Shown: positions 1 through 9,938 of the stretch, one piece after another
How positions within the stretch are numbered: the first letter of the stretch is position 1
Layout of the letters: the number at the start of each line of letters is the position of its first letter
Source of the DNA: Candidatus Spechtbacterales bacterium
Lineage (GTDB): Bacteria; Patescibacteriota; Minisyncoccia; Spechtbacterales; 2-12-FULL-38-22
Direction: 5' to 3'
Length of the DNA: 64,000 bases
NCBI GenBank assembly: GCA_040879145.1
Contig: JBBDKX010000021.1
Location: 29,256 to 93,255, forward strand
Made by a program: the position numbers and the translations under genes
The notes under the pieces: generated by a model
Databases searched by the model: none
Told to the model about the DNA's origin: nothing
Seen by the model: the letters and a program-made list of their open reading frames with translations, nothing else

Positions 1-839
1 ATACTTGTTGGAAAAGTAGAAACACGAAAATCTATCTGCCTACCGTTAACCTTAGTGCTGAACCTTCCATCTTGAGGAATACGCGACTCGTCAAGGCGCA
101 GATTTGATAATATTTTTATTCTCGCAACTATTGAATTATGTATGGCAGACGGCAAAATCAAGCTCGGATAAAGAATACCATCAACACGAAAACGAACTTT
201 AGTCTCGGTATTCATCGCTTCTATATGAATATCGGAGGCATTACCCTCTATGGCGTGCTTTAAAATAACGGCAACTATCTTTGTGACGGGACTCTCTTTT
301 ATTTCCATCATTCTTTCCTTTATATCTGTTCCAACCTCCTTCTTTTCATCCAAGCTTTTTTCTATCTCATCCAAAGCGCTTTTTACCTCCACTTTTAATC
401 CCGAGTAAAGCGTTGCTATTTTTTTAAAATCACTTTCGCTAATTGCCACTATAGACGGCTGCAAATCACTTCTTAGCAGTATAAACCTCAACGCCTGTTG
501 GCTTTTTATGTTTGTAGGATCCACCATACCCACAGCAAGAACCTCTCCTTTCTTCTCCAATGGAACCATATGATACTGCTCTGCCGCTTCCTGTGGTACA
601 AGGCGAAGTATCTCTTTTGCCGGAGGGTTAGACTCATCATAGTTCCACGCCGGAACCTCGCCGAGCTTTGCCCTTACCTGTAATATATCTTCCTCTGACA
701 CCTTTATTTTGCGAATAAGATACTCCTCAAAACTCAGGGGCGAAGTTCCTGATTTTTCTTTTACTTCATTGAATTGAGCCTCACTGATAATTTTTTTATC
801 AGTGAGTGTCTTCAATATTTTTTCCTCAAATGGTGTCAT
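1..839 (-). CDS. pilB: Type IV pilus assembly ATPase PilB/GspE, N-terminal part (partial, continues past window start)
   Basis: Reverse-strand translation from ATG at 839 gives MTPFEEKILKTLTDKKIISEAQF...; T2SS/GspE N-terminal domain pattern followed by ...GNASDIHIE ATPase N2 start; downstream of pilMNO. Confidence 0.7.
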   Translation of the reverse strand, partial: MTPFEEKILKTLTDKKIISEAQFNEVKEKSGTSPLSFEEYLIRKIKVSEEDILQVRAKLGEVPAWNYDESNPPAKEILRLVPQEAAEQYHMVPLEKKGEVLAVGMVDPTNIKSQQALRFILLRSDLQPSIVAISESDFKKIATLYSGLKVEVKSALDEIEKSLDEKKEVGTDIKERMMEIKESPVTKIVAVILKHAIEGNASDIHIEAMNTETKVRFRVDGILYPSLILPSAIHNSIVARIKILSNLRLDESRIPQDGRFSTKVNGRQIDFRVSTFPTS

Positions 840-855
840 CTATAAATGGTATTTA

Positions 856-1242
856 TTACTCGCTTAAAATTTCTTCTTCCTCTTGAGCTTCAGGTTCTAC
901 ATTAATTATTTCCTGATCTACAAATTCTGCAGGGTCAAAAGGAGAAAATGGGTTCTCTCTTCCCCATTGAGCAGGGGCTTTAATGGGTTCATAGGGTGTA
1001 AACTTCCCTAAAATGTCGCTGCCGAAAAAACCTTCAGGCAAAATAACTTCGTTCTTTATATTCTGAATTTGTCTTCTCAAAAGCTCGGAGGAGGCCTCTG
1101 AGCCTTCAAATCTTTCAGCCCCTTCTCCGCTTGCCTGTGTAGTTATAAGTAAAACAACTCCGCCTAACAAGACGGCGCCAAATATTAGCGGTATAAATTT
1201 CTTAACTTTCTTTTGGCTTTGTAATATAGATATTCCTGCCAT
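856..1242 (-). CDS. Small secreted/membrane protein in pilus operon (PilP-like position); start chosen at internal Met
   Basis: ORF 856..1326 overlaps the upstream gene; internal start MAGISILQSQKKVKKFIPLIFGAVLLGG has a TM/signal segment; operon context. Confidence 0.4.
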   Translation of the reverse strand: MAGISILQSQKKVKKFIPLIFGAVLLGGVVLLITTQASGEGAERFEGSEASSELLRRQIQNIKNEVILPEGFFGSDILGKFTPYEPIKAPAQWGRENPFSPFDPAEFVDQEIINVEPEAQEEEEILSE

Positions 1243-1246
1243 AATT

Positions 1247-1795
1247 TTAGTTACCCGTCTCTGTAAAATATACATTACCCAGTATCTCAACGGAAAGAAG
1301 TCCGGGATTTTCAGCTTCCTCATCATTAGAATTTATGATTACGCGCTCAACATCAAATATTCTTAAACTATTTTCCGCGCGCAAGATAAAGGCCTTTACT
1401 GAAGAATAACTGCCTTCAGCTATAACGGTAACAGATATTTTTCGCAATATCTCACCCTCTGCCACGGGGGAATTTCCAGTTCTTATATCTTCAACCGAAA
1501 GTCCATTTTCCCTTGCAATTCTATCCAAAACAACAACCGCGTTAATCTCGTCTTTAAAGGATGGCGCCGCAAGCTCTATTAACTCCCGCTCATTAGGGCC
1601 CAGTGATGAAAAAAACGAAGCAGCCCGGTGAACTTCCGCGCGCGTTTCTTCTAAAAAGGCGACGTCCTCTCTTTCAAGTTCAATAGCTTTTTTTGCCGCA
1701 TCAATACCCTGCAAAGAGGGCCACACAAAAAACCACGCAAATACAAGCGACACTACTATGGAAACAAAAAAGACTGTTGATCTTGTGTTAGTCAT
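1247..1795 (-). CDS. pilO: Type IV pilus assembly protein PilO-like
   Basis: 182 aa, N-terminal TM helix then coiled-coil; position after pilN in pilMNO. Confidence 0.5.
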   Translation of the reverse strand: MTNTRSTVFFVSIVVSLVFAWFFVWPSLQGIDAAKKAIELEREDVAFLEETRAEVHRAASFFSSLGPNERELIELAAPSFKDEINAVVVLDRIARENGLSVEDIRTGNSPVAEGEILRKISVTVIAEGSYSSVKAFILRAENSLRIFDVERVIINSNDEEAENPGLLSVEILGNVYFTETGN

Positions 1796-1796
1796 T

Positions 1797-2351
1797 TTAT
1801 TTTAAGTAATCTTCTTTAATATCAAAGTCTACACTGAATACAACAATTCCGTCCTCGTCCCTACTAAAAGAGGTGAGTTGAACATCTTTAAACATAATAG
1901 ATTCATCTTTCCATATAACAAACTGCTCTCCCAGAGATTCAAAATCAGGAGCATTCCCCGAAACAGATAACACACTGTCCGAAACAGAAAGCTCCATGCT
2001 TGTTATAAATATTTGAGAATGAATACTGCCCTCTACTGGCCGGAAAACTTTTGAACTAACAACGTGGTTGCTTATAACATTTTCAAGGGCTCGAGCCCTT
2101 GAAACAAGAGAGCCAAATTCCGGTGTTTGAGCTCTTTTTATCTCATTCTCCAAGCTTGTTTTTTGAGCCTGTAAAGAGTCATACTCAGATATTAGACCAT
2201 TAAACCAAATAGATGTTCCTATATATATGCCTATTACTATTCCCAAAACAACAAGCGCGGGGAAAAAGTCTGCCATATATGACTTTACACCCAGCAGCAC
2301 GCCAGCTATTTTCCCTTTATTCTTTTTATTTGGAATTAATGAAATTGACAT
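1797..2351 (-). CDS. pilN: Type IV pilus assembly protein PilN-like
   Basis: 184 aa, single N-terminal TM (AGVLLGVKSYMADFFPALVVLGIVIGIYIG), coiled coil; 9 nt after pilM. Confidence 0.55.
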   Translation of the reverse strand: MSISLIPNKKNKGKIAGVLLGVKSYMADFFPALVVLGIVIGIYIGTSIWFNGLISEYDSLQAQKTSLENEIKRAQTPEFGSLVSRARALENVISNHVVSSKVFRPVEGSIHSQIFITSMELSVSDSVLSVSGNAPDFESLGEQFVIWKDESIMFKDVQLTSFSRDEDGIVVFSVDFDIKEDYLK

Positions 2352-2359
2352 AATCGCGG

Positions 2360-3400
2360 TTATCTTAGCGCAAGTCCTATTGCAACAGCATATTCGGGAG
2401 AATTAACACCCAAAGTGTGCTCCAATTCAGGAGGAATAATTATTTTTTTAAAAGGGTCGCCAACCTCTACATCAACACCTAAAGAACTCTTAAGATATTC
2501 AGTTAATCCGGGCATTCTCGCCTCTCCTCCGGTTAGTATTACGCGAACAACCTTTCTTCCGCCTTCTCTCACATAATCCTCAAACATCTGTTCTACCTCA
2601 AGTATTATCTTATCCATTGAGGGTTTTAACAGTTCGGATACTTCTCCGGCAGACTCCTGCACACCGTTTCTGCGCTTAAGCTCTTCTGCCCGAATGGGAT
2701 CTATTGCCATGCCACGCGCGAGAACCTGTACAAACTTGGAAGAGCCAGTATCTATATTGTGATGCATTACAACCAGCCCTCCATCTACAACACTCACGTC
2801 TGTTGCCCTCGCGCCTATATCTAAAATTGCAACAGGATCAGGGGAAGAGTCTACAAGTGCGCGCGCGCTGCTAAATGTTTCCAACTCTACATTAACAAGC
2901 TCTATTCCAACCATTTCAGCCATCCTGTTATACTTCTCTACTATCTCATTTGGCACCGCCACAGTCAGAACCTTTATTTTTTTGGCGTTTGAAAGATGAT
3001 CTACTTTAATCCAGTCAAATTGCACCTCCCCCATTGGGAGAGGAATATACTTTCTCGCTTCAAATCGGACTGCATTTTCAAGATCTTCATCGGCCATAGC
3101 GGGTAAATCTATTAGTGTAGAAAAGCTGGAAAACACAGGTAGTGATATTGAGGCCTCTTTTCCTCTAAACTTGGCGCTATCAAAAAGCCTATTAATAATA
3201 GTGGCTACCTGCGAATCTAAAATATTATAAGAACCGGCGTGAGCCGTTATATAGTTAGCTTTTGAAAAAAATTGGGCGTAATTAATCAAATAAACATCAT
3301 TGCCTTTTTGCAATAACTCAACCATCTTTAAAGAAGATGTTCCTATGTCAATGCCGAGTTTATATTTATAAGATTTTTTACTAAGCGGATTCCATATCAT
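2360..3400 (-). CDS. pilM: Type IV pilus assembly protein PilM (actin-like ATPase)
   Basis: 346 aa; LGIDIGTSSLKMVEL actin-fold phosphate-1 motif; operon with pilN/pilO/pilB. Confidence 0.8.
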   Translation of the reverse strand: MIWNPLSKKSYKYKLGIDIGTSSLKMVELLQKGNDVYLINYAQFFSKANYITAHAGSYNILDSQVATIINRLFDSAKFRGKEASISLPVFSSFSTLIDLPAMADEDLENAVRFEARKYIPLPMGEVQFDWIKVDHLSNAKKIKVLTVAVPNEIVEKYNRMAEMVGIELVNVELETFSSARALVDSSPDPVAILDIGARATDVSVVDGGLVVMHHNIDTGSSKFVQVLARGMAIDPIRAEELKRRNGVQESAGEVSELLKPSMDKIILEVEQMFEDYVREGGRKVVRVILTGGEARMPGLTEYLKSSLGVDVEVGDPFKKIIIPPELEHTLGVNSPEYAVAIGLALR

Positions 3401-3578
3401 ATTGGAGTATGTTTTTATTTACTTTTCCGTCTCTATCCTCTATTATAACAGTAATATAAAGTAAGAGCTATTGCTATTATCCACACTTAAATAAGCTAAA
3501 TGTTAGTATTTTGAACTCGTGCACACGATTGGATGCGCTTACAAGCAAGTACCTGCAAGATAAAGACGTATCATACAT

Positions 3579-6113
3579 ATGAAAAATATACCCACAAACT
3601 TAGAAAAACACCTGACAAAAAGAGCAAAAAATGCCTTGCGAAAATCTTTTAAGTTAGCCGCGCAATATCCCGATAAAACATCAAAAAACAAAGCAACACC
3701 AGCCCATCTTTTGTATGCCCTGGCGAAAGAGGAGGGTTCTATATCAAAAAACATACTTGAAGCTAATGACGTCAAAGCTACACGAATACTGACGGGGTTG
3801 AAAAAAATATCAGCTAAAAGCAGTTCAACAAACACAACGCCTGTAAGCGAGCTATCTCTTGATTATAAAAAGACCTTAAAAAAAGCGGCTAACTACGCTA
3901 TGAACCAAGGGCACTATTTTATAGGCACCGAACACCTGCTATATGGAACCCTTAACAAATCGCAGGGTGTTGAAGGATTTACACAACAAAAAATGAAAAA
4001 AGTAAAAGAGCATCTTGATGATATGATGGCAAGTTATCTTTCTCTTGAAACAGGGCTAAACCCAAACATGCAAAAACTTAGTTCTCTTGTAAGCGAGCAT
4101 GCAGACCATTCTCTTGAAGATGGCGAGTTGGAAGATGTTATTTTTTCAGATGTAAAGACAAAAACATCAAAAACCCCTGTGCTGGAATCTTTTTGTGAAA
4201 ATCTTTCCCAAAAAGCTGCAGATGGGAACTTAGACCCTTTAGTTGGAAGAGAAGCTGAACTAAACCGCCTGGTAAGAATACTTTCCAGAAAAACAAAGAA
4301 TAATCCCTTACTTGTAGGTGACGCGGGAGTTGGAAAAACAGCGCTTGTGCAGGGTCTCGCGCAAAAAATAAGCGAGGGTTATGTTCCGGCAAATCTTATA
4401 AACAAAACTGTGTATTCGTTAAACCTAAGCTCTCTTGTGGCCGGAACTCTTTATCGCGGGGAATTTGAAGAGAGGGTGCGCGACCTTCTTGAAGAAGCGG
4501 AAAAATCAAGTGTAATTCTTTTTATAGATGAGATACACATACTTCCCGGCGCGGGCTCAGCGCAGGGGTCGCTTGACGCGGCCAACATACTCAAACCGGC
4601 TTTGGTCAACGGAGCGTTTCAGTGTATAGGCGCCACAACATATGATGAGTATAAAAAAACCATAGAAAAAGATACAGCCCTGGACAGGCGTTTTCAAAAA
4701 ATATTTATTAAGGAGCAGACTCCTCAGGAGGCGATAAAAACCCTGGTGCACCTCAAGCCCTTCTATGAACAACATCACAACGTTGCTATATCCGACAAAA
4801 TTATTAACATGTGCGTTGATCTGTCTGTAAAATATATCCCCTCAAGATTCCTTCCCGACAAGGCGCTTGATATTCTTGATGAGGCTTCTTCGCTTACACG
4901 AACAGAAAAGATGATAAAAAAAGAGCATAGAGATATAAAGATACTGCAGGCAGAAATAATAGACGTAATTATGGACAAAGAAGAGGCTCTTAGAAAAGAG
5001 CATTATCAAAAGGCCATGCAACTAAAAAACAAACAGGAAGCGCTTGAGCAAAAAATATACAAGATGCACAAAGACAACCACGACCGCAATGCTTCGCCAA
5101 AAGTAACAGAAAAAGCTGTCTACGAAGTAATATCAGAGATAGCGGGGGTTCCTCTTCGTCAACTAACAAAACAGGACTCAGATGCGCTCTCCTCTATTGA
5201 AGCTCAAATTGGAAAACACCTTTTCGGACAGGATGACGCAATCAAAAAAGTTGCAAAAGCAATCCGCAGAAATCGAACAGGGGTTACCCGCGGAAATCGC
5301 CCCATAGCTTCCATGCTGTTCATGGGACCGAGCGGAGTTGGAAAAACAGAACTTGCAAAAATAATTGCCCACTCGTTTTCGGGCACAAACCCTTCCAGCG
5401 AGGGGGCTCCGGGAGCACTTATAAAACTGGATATGTCAGAATATTCAGAAGCGCATACAATATCACGCCTCATAGGCGCGCCTCCCGGATACGTAGGTTA
5501 TGAAGACGCGGGTCTTTTGACAGACAAGGTACGCAAGCATCCCTACTCAGTGGTGCTGTTTGATGAAATAGAAAAAGCACACCCAAAAATATTCAATGTA
5601 CTCTTACAGATACTGGAAGAGGGAACTCTAACTGATTCACAGGGAAAAAGCGCGAGTTTTAAAAATACATTTATAATACTCACATCCAACGTGGGGGCAA
5701 CTCTTTTCGGTAAAAATTCGGGGTTGGGATTTTCAGGAGCAGATTCCACAAATCGTGAAAAGAGCGCAATGGGAGCTCTTAAAGAGTTGATGAAACCGGA
5801 AATAATAAACCGGCTTGACGGCATAGTTGTATTCAATAATTTAGATTCCGCCACACTGGAGAAAATAGCAGAGGTACAAATTCACGAACTCAAAGAAAGA
5901 CTTAGCGACACAATTGAAATTACTTTCTCCAGTGCTGTCGCAAAATGGCTGGCACACAATACAGACGCGCAAGAAAAAGGAGCGCGTGGAATAAGAAAAG
6001 CAGTAGAAACACATTTAGAAGAGCCTATTTCAGACATCCTACTAAAAGAGAAGGTAAAAAACATAAAAATAGAAGTAAGACAAAATAAGCTTGTTGTTAA
6101 AACAAACAATTGA
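3579..6113 (+). CDS. clpC: ATP-dependent Clp protease ATP-binding subunit ClpC/ClpB-like AAA+ chaperone
   Basis: 844 aa; Clp_N repeats, two AAA modules (GDAGVGKTA... DEIH; FMGPSGVGKTELAK... DMSEYSEAHTISRLIGAPPGYVGY... FDEIEKAH). Confidence 0.85.
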   Translation: MKNIPTNLEKHLTKRAKNALRKSFKLAAQYPDKTSKNKATPAHLLYALAKEEGSISKNILEANDVKATRILTGLKKISAKSSSTNTTPVSELSLDYKKTLKKAANYAMNQGHYFIGTEHLLYGTLNKSQGVEGFTQQKMKKVKEHLDDMMASYLSLETGLNPNMQKLSSLVSEHADHSLEDGELEDVIFSDVKTKTSKTPVLESFCENLSQKAADGNLDPLVGREAELNRLVRILSRKTKNNPLLVGDAGVGKTALVQGLAQKISEGYVPANLINKTVYSLNLSSLVAGTLYRGEFEERVRDLLEEAEKSSVILFIDEIHILPGAGSAQGSLDAANILKPALVNGAFQCIGATTYDEYKKTIEKDTALDRRFQKIFIKEQTPQEAIKTLVHLKPFYEQHHNVAISDKIINMCVDLSVKYIPSRFLPDKALDILDEASSLTRTEKMIKKEHRDIKILQAEIIDVIMDKEEALRKEHYQKAMQLKNKQEALEQKIYKMHKDNHDRNASPKVTEKAVYEVISEIAGVPLRQLTKQDSDALSSIEAQIGKHLFGQDDAIKKVAKAIRRNRTGVTRGNRPIASMLFMGPSGVGKTELAKIIAHSFSGTNPSSEGAPGALIKLDMSEYSEAHTISRLIGAPPGYVGYEDAGLLTDKVRKHPYSVVLFDEIEKAHPKIFNVLLQILEEGTLTDSQGKSASFKNTFIILTSNVGATLFGKNSGLGFSGADSTNREKSAMGALKELMKPEIINRLDGIVVFNNLDSATLEKIAEVQIHELKERLSDTIEITFSSAVAKWLAHNTDAQEKGARGIRKAVETHLEEPISDILLKEKVKNIKIEVRQNKLVVKTNN

Positions 6114-6903
6114 GACATTTTTCCCAAGCCAATGTTACCATTGTAAAGCCCCCGGAAACTACCTTTGCGGGGACTGTTTTTGGGGGTTGGCCGTTATGTA
6201 CGAACCGGCATGCCCCCACTGTGAGACACGCCTTCCTTTCGGAGAACTGCCAAAAGAATGCCGGCAGGAAGTAAAGCTGCACCGCGTTTTTACCAGCGGG
6301 CTTTATTCAGACGCAACACTTAATGGTTTGATAAAAGACCTCAAATACAAAGGCGCCTGGCGCCTTGCGGAACCTCTTGCCCGCTTTGCGTATTGGCAAC
6401 TTGACCAAGGTGGCTACGCCGAAGTTATAAAAGAAAAGGTTGATATTATAATTCCCGTACCCCTTCATAAAAATAAATTAAAAAGACGCGGGTTTAACCA
6501 CACTCAAAAGATTGCGGAACATTTATCTGAATTGCTCGATATTCCCTTAGAGATTGACGCTTTAGTTAAGTCAAAAAAAACCGATTCGCAAGTTGAAACC
6601 GGCTCAAGAGAAGAGCGTGAAAAAAACCTTGCCGGCGCGTTCGCTATCACCAATACACAGGTTCAACCTGTGTATAAAACACCCCACACAGGTTCAACCT
6701 GTGTATCTCCTATTTTTAATAAAACCGTGCTTTTAGTTGACGATGTTATTACCACAGGCTCTACACTGCGCGAATGCGCTCTTGCCTTACGCTTTCCATA
6801 TAAATGCGCAAACGCGAAGCATAAAACATGCGAGCTTGGCAGTAGGTGTTATATGAAACAGTACGTGAGGGAGGTATGGGGGCTAACTGTAGCGAAGGAC
6901 TAA
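6091..6903 (+). CDS. comF: ComF family protein (ComFC-like phosphoribosyltransferase domain, N-terminal 4-Cys zinc finger); atypical C-terminus
   Basis: CYHCKAPGNYLCGDC...CPHCETRL zinc finger; PRTase motif VLLVDDVITTGSTL; contains in-frame palindromic repeat insertion. Confidence 0.7.
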   Translation: MLLKQTIETFFPSQCYHCKAPGNYLCGDCFWGLAVMYEPACPHCETRLPFGELPKECRQEVKLHRVFTSGLYSDATLNGLIKDLKYKGAWRLAEPLARFAYWQLDQGGYAEVIKEKVDIIIPVPLHKNKLKRRGFNHTQKIAEHLSELLDIPLEIDALVKSKKTDSQVETGSREEREKNLAGAFAITNTQVQPVYKTPHTGSTCVSPIFNKTVLLVDDVITTGSTLRECALALRFPYKCANAKHKTCELGSRCYMKQYVREVWGLTVAKD

Positions 6904-6953
6904 ATAAAAAGACACTGAATATTCAGCGTCTTTTTATTTAATCCTTACAATAT

Positions 6954-7421
6954 TTATTCTGACTCTTTCATTTCATCAACTCCTCTATTCCTTTTATTAG
7001 CCCTTTCAACCTCCTGCACTTCAGCTGCAAACGGATTCAAGCCTGTTACTTCCTCAGCTGTCGGGCTATCTTCATAATGTGAATAGGCATTAGCGGAGCC
7101 GAATTTATCCTCTGCTGTTTTGCGCGCATCAGAGACCATTTCCGGAAGGATCTTTGCCAGTCCTTCTGCTTGTTCCGGGGTCAAGTCAAAATGTGTTCGC
7201 GTGCCTTCCATAACCTTTCCATCTTCACCGATCACTCCTAAACTCACATCTAAGTGACCGTGCTTGTTGACATCAACATTAACCCTGTAGCCGTCCCTGG
7301 TTATCAACCCTGTCCTTTCGTGGTGAGCGTGAATTTCCGGCTTTATCCATCCGTTTCCAAGTTTTTCTTTAATGCTTTTTATTTTCTTCTCCCCTTGATT
7401 ATCAAATTTTTCTACAGACAT
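6954..7421 (-). CDS. Hypothetical protein
   Basis: 155-aa ORF, no recognisable motif; C9 homopolymer about 40 nt upstream. Confidence 0.4.
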   Translation of the reverse strand: MSVEKFDNQGEKKIKSIKEKLGNGWIKPEIHAHHERTGLITRDGYRVNVDVNKHGHLDVSLGVIGEDGKVMEGTRTHFDLTPEQAEGLAKILPEMVSDARKTAEDKFGSANAYSHYEDSPTAEEVTGLNPFAAEVQEVERANKRNRGVDEMKESE

Positions 7422-7489
7422 ATTTTTATAATTATTAAATTAATTATACTACCCTCATACTACCCCCCCCCTGCTGTTGATGTCAACAT

Positions 7490-7518
7490 AAAAACACGGT
7501 TTTAACCGTGTTTTTATG
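7490..7518 (-). terminator. Rho-independent terminator hairpin (AAAAACACGGTT/AACCGTGTTTTT)
   Basis: Perfect inverted repeat with T-run, directly downstream of the 7549..7872 gene on the minus strand. Confidence 0.55.
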
Positions 7519-7548
7519 TTTTAGTAAATGAGGTGAGATTCAATATTC

Positions 7549-7872
7549 TTATACATTAACCTCAAATCTCCAATCCATTGGAATTAATGTCAAATTAACC
7601 GGATGATTGAACCCGCTTTCTGTTTTCCACTTTGAAATTCCATCTCGAATATCGTTAAATAATCTGTCTCGGTCATCTGTCTTTGACGCACTCATGCGAA
7701 CAAAGACCTCAATCGGGGCAACACCGACCTTAATGCGCGCGCTATTGGCGTATACAAATACATCTTTTATTTGTGTTGCTTCTGAAACTATTTTCTGAAC
7801 CGCATTTGAAACCGCGATGATATCTTTGTCATCAAGCTTTGTGTCGTCATATTCAATGTGAATCATTGGCAT
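7549..7872 (-). CDS. Hypothetical protein; begins Met-Pro (tautomerase-superfamily-like beta-alpha-beta), weak
   Basis: 107 aa MPMIHIEYDD...; Pro1 start and two repeated beta-alpha-beta halves. Confidence 0.4.
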   Translation of the reverse strand: MPMIHIEYDDTKLDDKDIIAVSNAVQKIVSEATQIKDVFVYANSARIKVGVAPIEVFVRMSASKTDDRDRLFNDIRDGISKWKTESGFNHPVNLTLIPMDWRFEVNV

Positions 7873-7943
7873 AATTGTTTTGATTATTTTATTTTATAAT
7901 TAGTCTGAATTAACACCACGCACAGGTTCAACCTGTGTACCTT

Positions 7944-8552
7944 CTATTTTTTATAAAACGTTGCGATAAAATATGGGTGAATTTTTTTAAGGCGAAGTTT
8001 AAATTGGTTCCCCTCCCTGCTTCCAAAACGATTTTCAAACAAAGCTATATATTCTTCTTCGTTAAACCAGCGTTCAATTTCATTTACTCCGTCTGAATCA
8101 AGTTTTTTAAATACCCAATCAACAATTCCACCAAACACTCCATAACGACTTTTAAGATTGAGGAATGCGGGCTCCATCACAACCACTCGTTCTTTTGCAT
8201 TTGAATACACAAGATCAAATAATTCTTTGAGCTTTTTTTCAGGAATATGATGGACAACATCTACAAGTACTACTGTATCGCTTTTTTTATATGCACCTGG
8301 ATCAAAAATATTCCCTTTCTCAACCTGCCTTCCTCTTTTTTGAGCATATATAATAAATTCTTCATTTAAATCAATTCCTGAGTAAACATTGGAGGAATCA
8401 ATATACTTCTCCATCTGTCCGAAACCACACGCTACATCAAAAACACTAACATTCTTGCCCACCTCCTCGCTAAAAATTTTTAAAACAGATTTGCGATGAA
8501 TTATCGGAATTAATATTTTATATATCCAAGGATACTTATATTGTAGCATCAT
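7944..8552 (-). CDS. Class I SAM-dependent methyltransferase
   Basis: VFDVACGFGQ glycine-rich SAM-binding motif I; 202 aa. Confidence 0.7.
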   Translation of the reverse strand: MMLQYKYPWIYKILIPIIHRKSVLKIFSEEVGKNVSVFDVACGFGQMEKYIDSSNVYSGIDLNEEFIIYAQKRGRQVEKGNIFDPGAYKKSDTVVLVDVVHHIPEKKLKELFDLVYSNAKERVVVMEPAFLNLKSRYGVFGGIVDWVFKKLDSDGVNEIERWFNEEEYIALFENRFGSREGNQFKLRLKKIHPYFIATFYKK

Positions 8553-8618
8553 GTTTTATTATTTAAACGCTTAATAATTGCAGCTTCTGATTTGAAAATT
8601 TCTTCATTAAAATTCATA

Positions 8619-9152
8619 TCATTTGAAGAGTTCAAACATCTCAGTATCGGAGTCAATCTTTTTTGCTTTGTTATGAGCATCATCAACAGACAACTTTTTA
8701 GCAAAAAGATGATAGTAAAAATTCAAAACATAAAAAAGCGAAGCGTTGCCCATGGGATAATCTTTTGGCGCAATATAATTTTTTGCACCGGCATTGAGAA
8801 ACGCATCAGCAAAGTCTTTTATTCCTGTTTTGCAACCAGTGCTAACAACAATCTGCCCGTCAAGTTTCAAAAATTCCGAAAGATTTACTCCAGTAAGAAA
8901 CTTATCGTAGGGTTGTTGTTTCGCAATTTCTTCGCCAAGCTCGGGCAATACTATTCCCTCATCAACGCCATGACACATAAGCAGAATGTGTGGTGACAAT
9001 TTTTGCTTGCCATTCAAAATATCGACCAAATCTTGAGATTTGCCGATAAAAAAAGTTCTTGTAACAACTTGCCACCATTCTGCAGAAGCTCTCGCTGCGA
9101 GAGCTTCCAAGTCGTTGTCGATAACAATAATATCCAAAAAGTTTTTGTTCAT
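8619..9152 (-). CDS. Hypothetical protein with caspase/CHAT-like His...Cys dyad (clan CD peptidase-like mini-domain)
   Basis: HILLMCHG ...44 aa... IVVSTGCKTG followed by AFLNAGAKNYIAP, matching the His-Gly / Cys / AGA strand spacing of clan CD peptidases. Confidence 0.4.
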   Translation of the reverse strand: MNKNFLDIIVIDNDLEALAARASAEWWQVVTRTFFIGKSQDLVDILNGKQKLSPHILLMCHGVDEGIVLPELGEEIAKQQPYDKFLTGVNLSEFLKLDGQIVVSTGCKTGIKDFADAFLNAGAKNYIAPKDYPMGNASLFYVLNFYYHLFAKKLSVDDAHNKAKKIDSDTEMFELFK

Positions 9153-9242
9153 AAGATTAAAAAATTTCTTTTGCCATTACAAAATATGGTTCGAGCCGAT
9201 TTGTTTTCGGGTTCTTTGGCAGAAGATTCTTTATGGAAATTA

Positions 9243-9869
9243 CTAGGCTTTCAAATGCTTTACTATTGCATTACATTGAATCTCAAAATCATTGTCCATA
9301 TTGAAAATTTGAAAATCATATTTTTTAGCTTCTTTCTCAAAGTAGCGAGAATAACCAACAACCATTTTTGCAATCAACTCATACGTACTTTCATCTTTTG
9401 TTTTTCGTATAACCCAGTCATTGGGCGTAGTTGACTTGTGAATATCTTGAATGAATTTCTGTTCGTCATATTTTATGAGGAAAACCGCCTTGACATGTTC
9501 TTTACCAAACTTTTTGAAAATACTATCCACGATCTCAGGAGTAACCTGATATCCCTCAACAATAAAATCGTCTTTATCAGTCAGATACGTTTCTGCCATC
9601 ATGCTGATAGCATCATAAGTGGTTTTCCCTTGGGTGATGTAATTCTCGATAATCTGTTCCGCCGAGTGCTCCGAGTAAAACCCATCATTACTTTCTTCAC
9701 GAAGGTAACTATGAGGAAACAATGTAGAGTGTTTTTCTTTTGGAGTGTACGCCCAAATTATATTTTGAAGCGTATCAGCTGAAATCCAAGGAATCCGAAA
9801 CTCATTAGCCAGTTTTTTCGCTAACGTTGTTTTTCCACATTTCGGAGGACCGCCTATTAGATAAATCAT
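9243..9869 (-). CDS. P-loop NTPase / small-molecule kinase-like protein
   Basis: N-terminal Walker A IYLIGGPPKCGKTTLAKKL; 208 aa. Confidence 0.6.
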   Translation of the reverse strand: MIYLIGGPPKCGKTTLAKKLANEFRIPWISADTLQNIIWAYTPKEKHSTLFPHSYLREESNDGFYSEHSAEQIIENYITQGKTTYDAISMMAETYLTDKDDFIVEGYQVTPEIVDSIFKKFGKEHVKAVFLIKYDEQKFIQDIHKSTTPNDWVIRKTKDESTYELIAKMVVGYSRYFEKEAKKYDFQIFNMDNDFEIQCNAIVKHLKA

Positions 9870-9938
9870 ATTTTCGAAAATGTTTTACTGAAGACCACCT
9901 CCTGCCAAGACACAACGCGCCGAGGCAACCTTATTTAG

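Noticed and set aside
498-683. 61-aa plus-strand ORF
   Set aside because: Lies antisense within the pilB N-terminal coding region.
3401-3578. CtsR/CIRCE heat-shock operator upstream of clpC
   Set aside because: No match to GGTCAAA direct repeat or TTAGCACTC-N9-GAGTGCTAA.
4138-6127. Several minus-strand ORFs (60-103 aa) inside clpC, and antisense ORFs inside the P-type ATPase (54920..56431), hsdR and prkA
   Set aside because: Antisense to long, well-supported genes; typical spurious ORFs.
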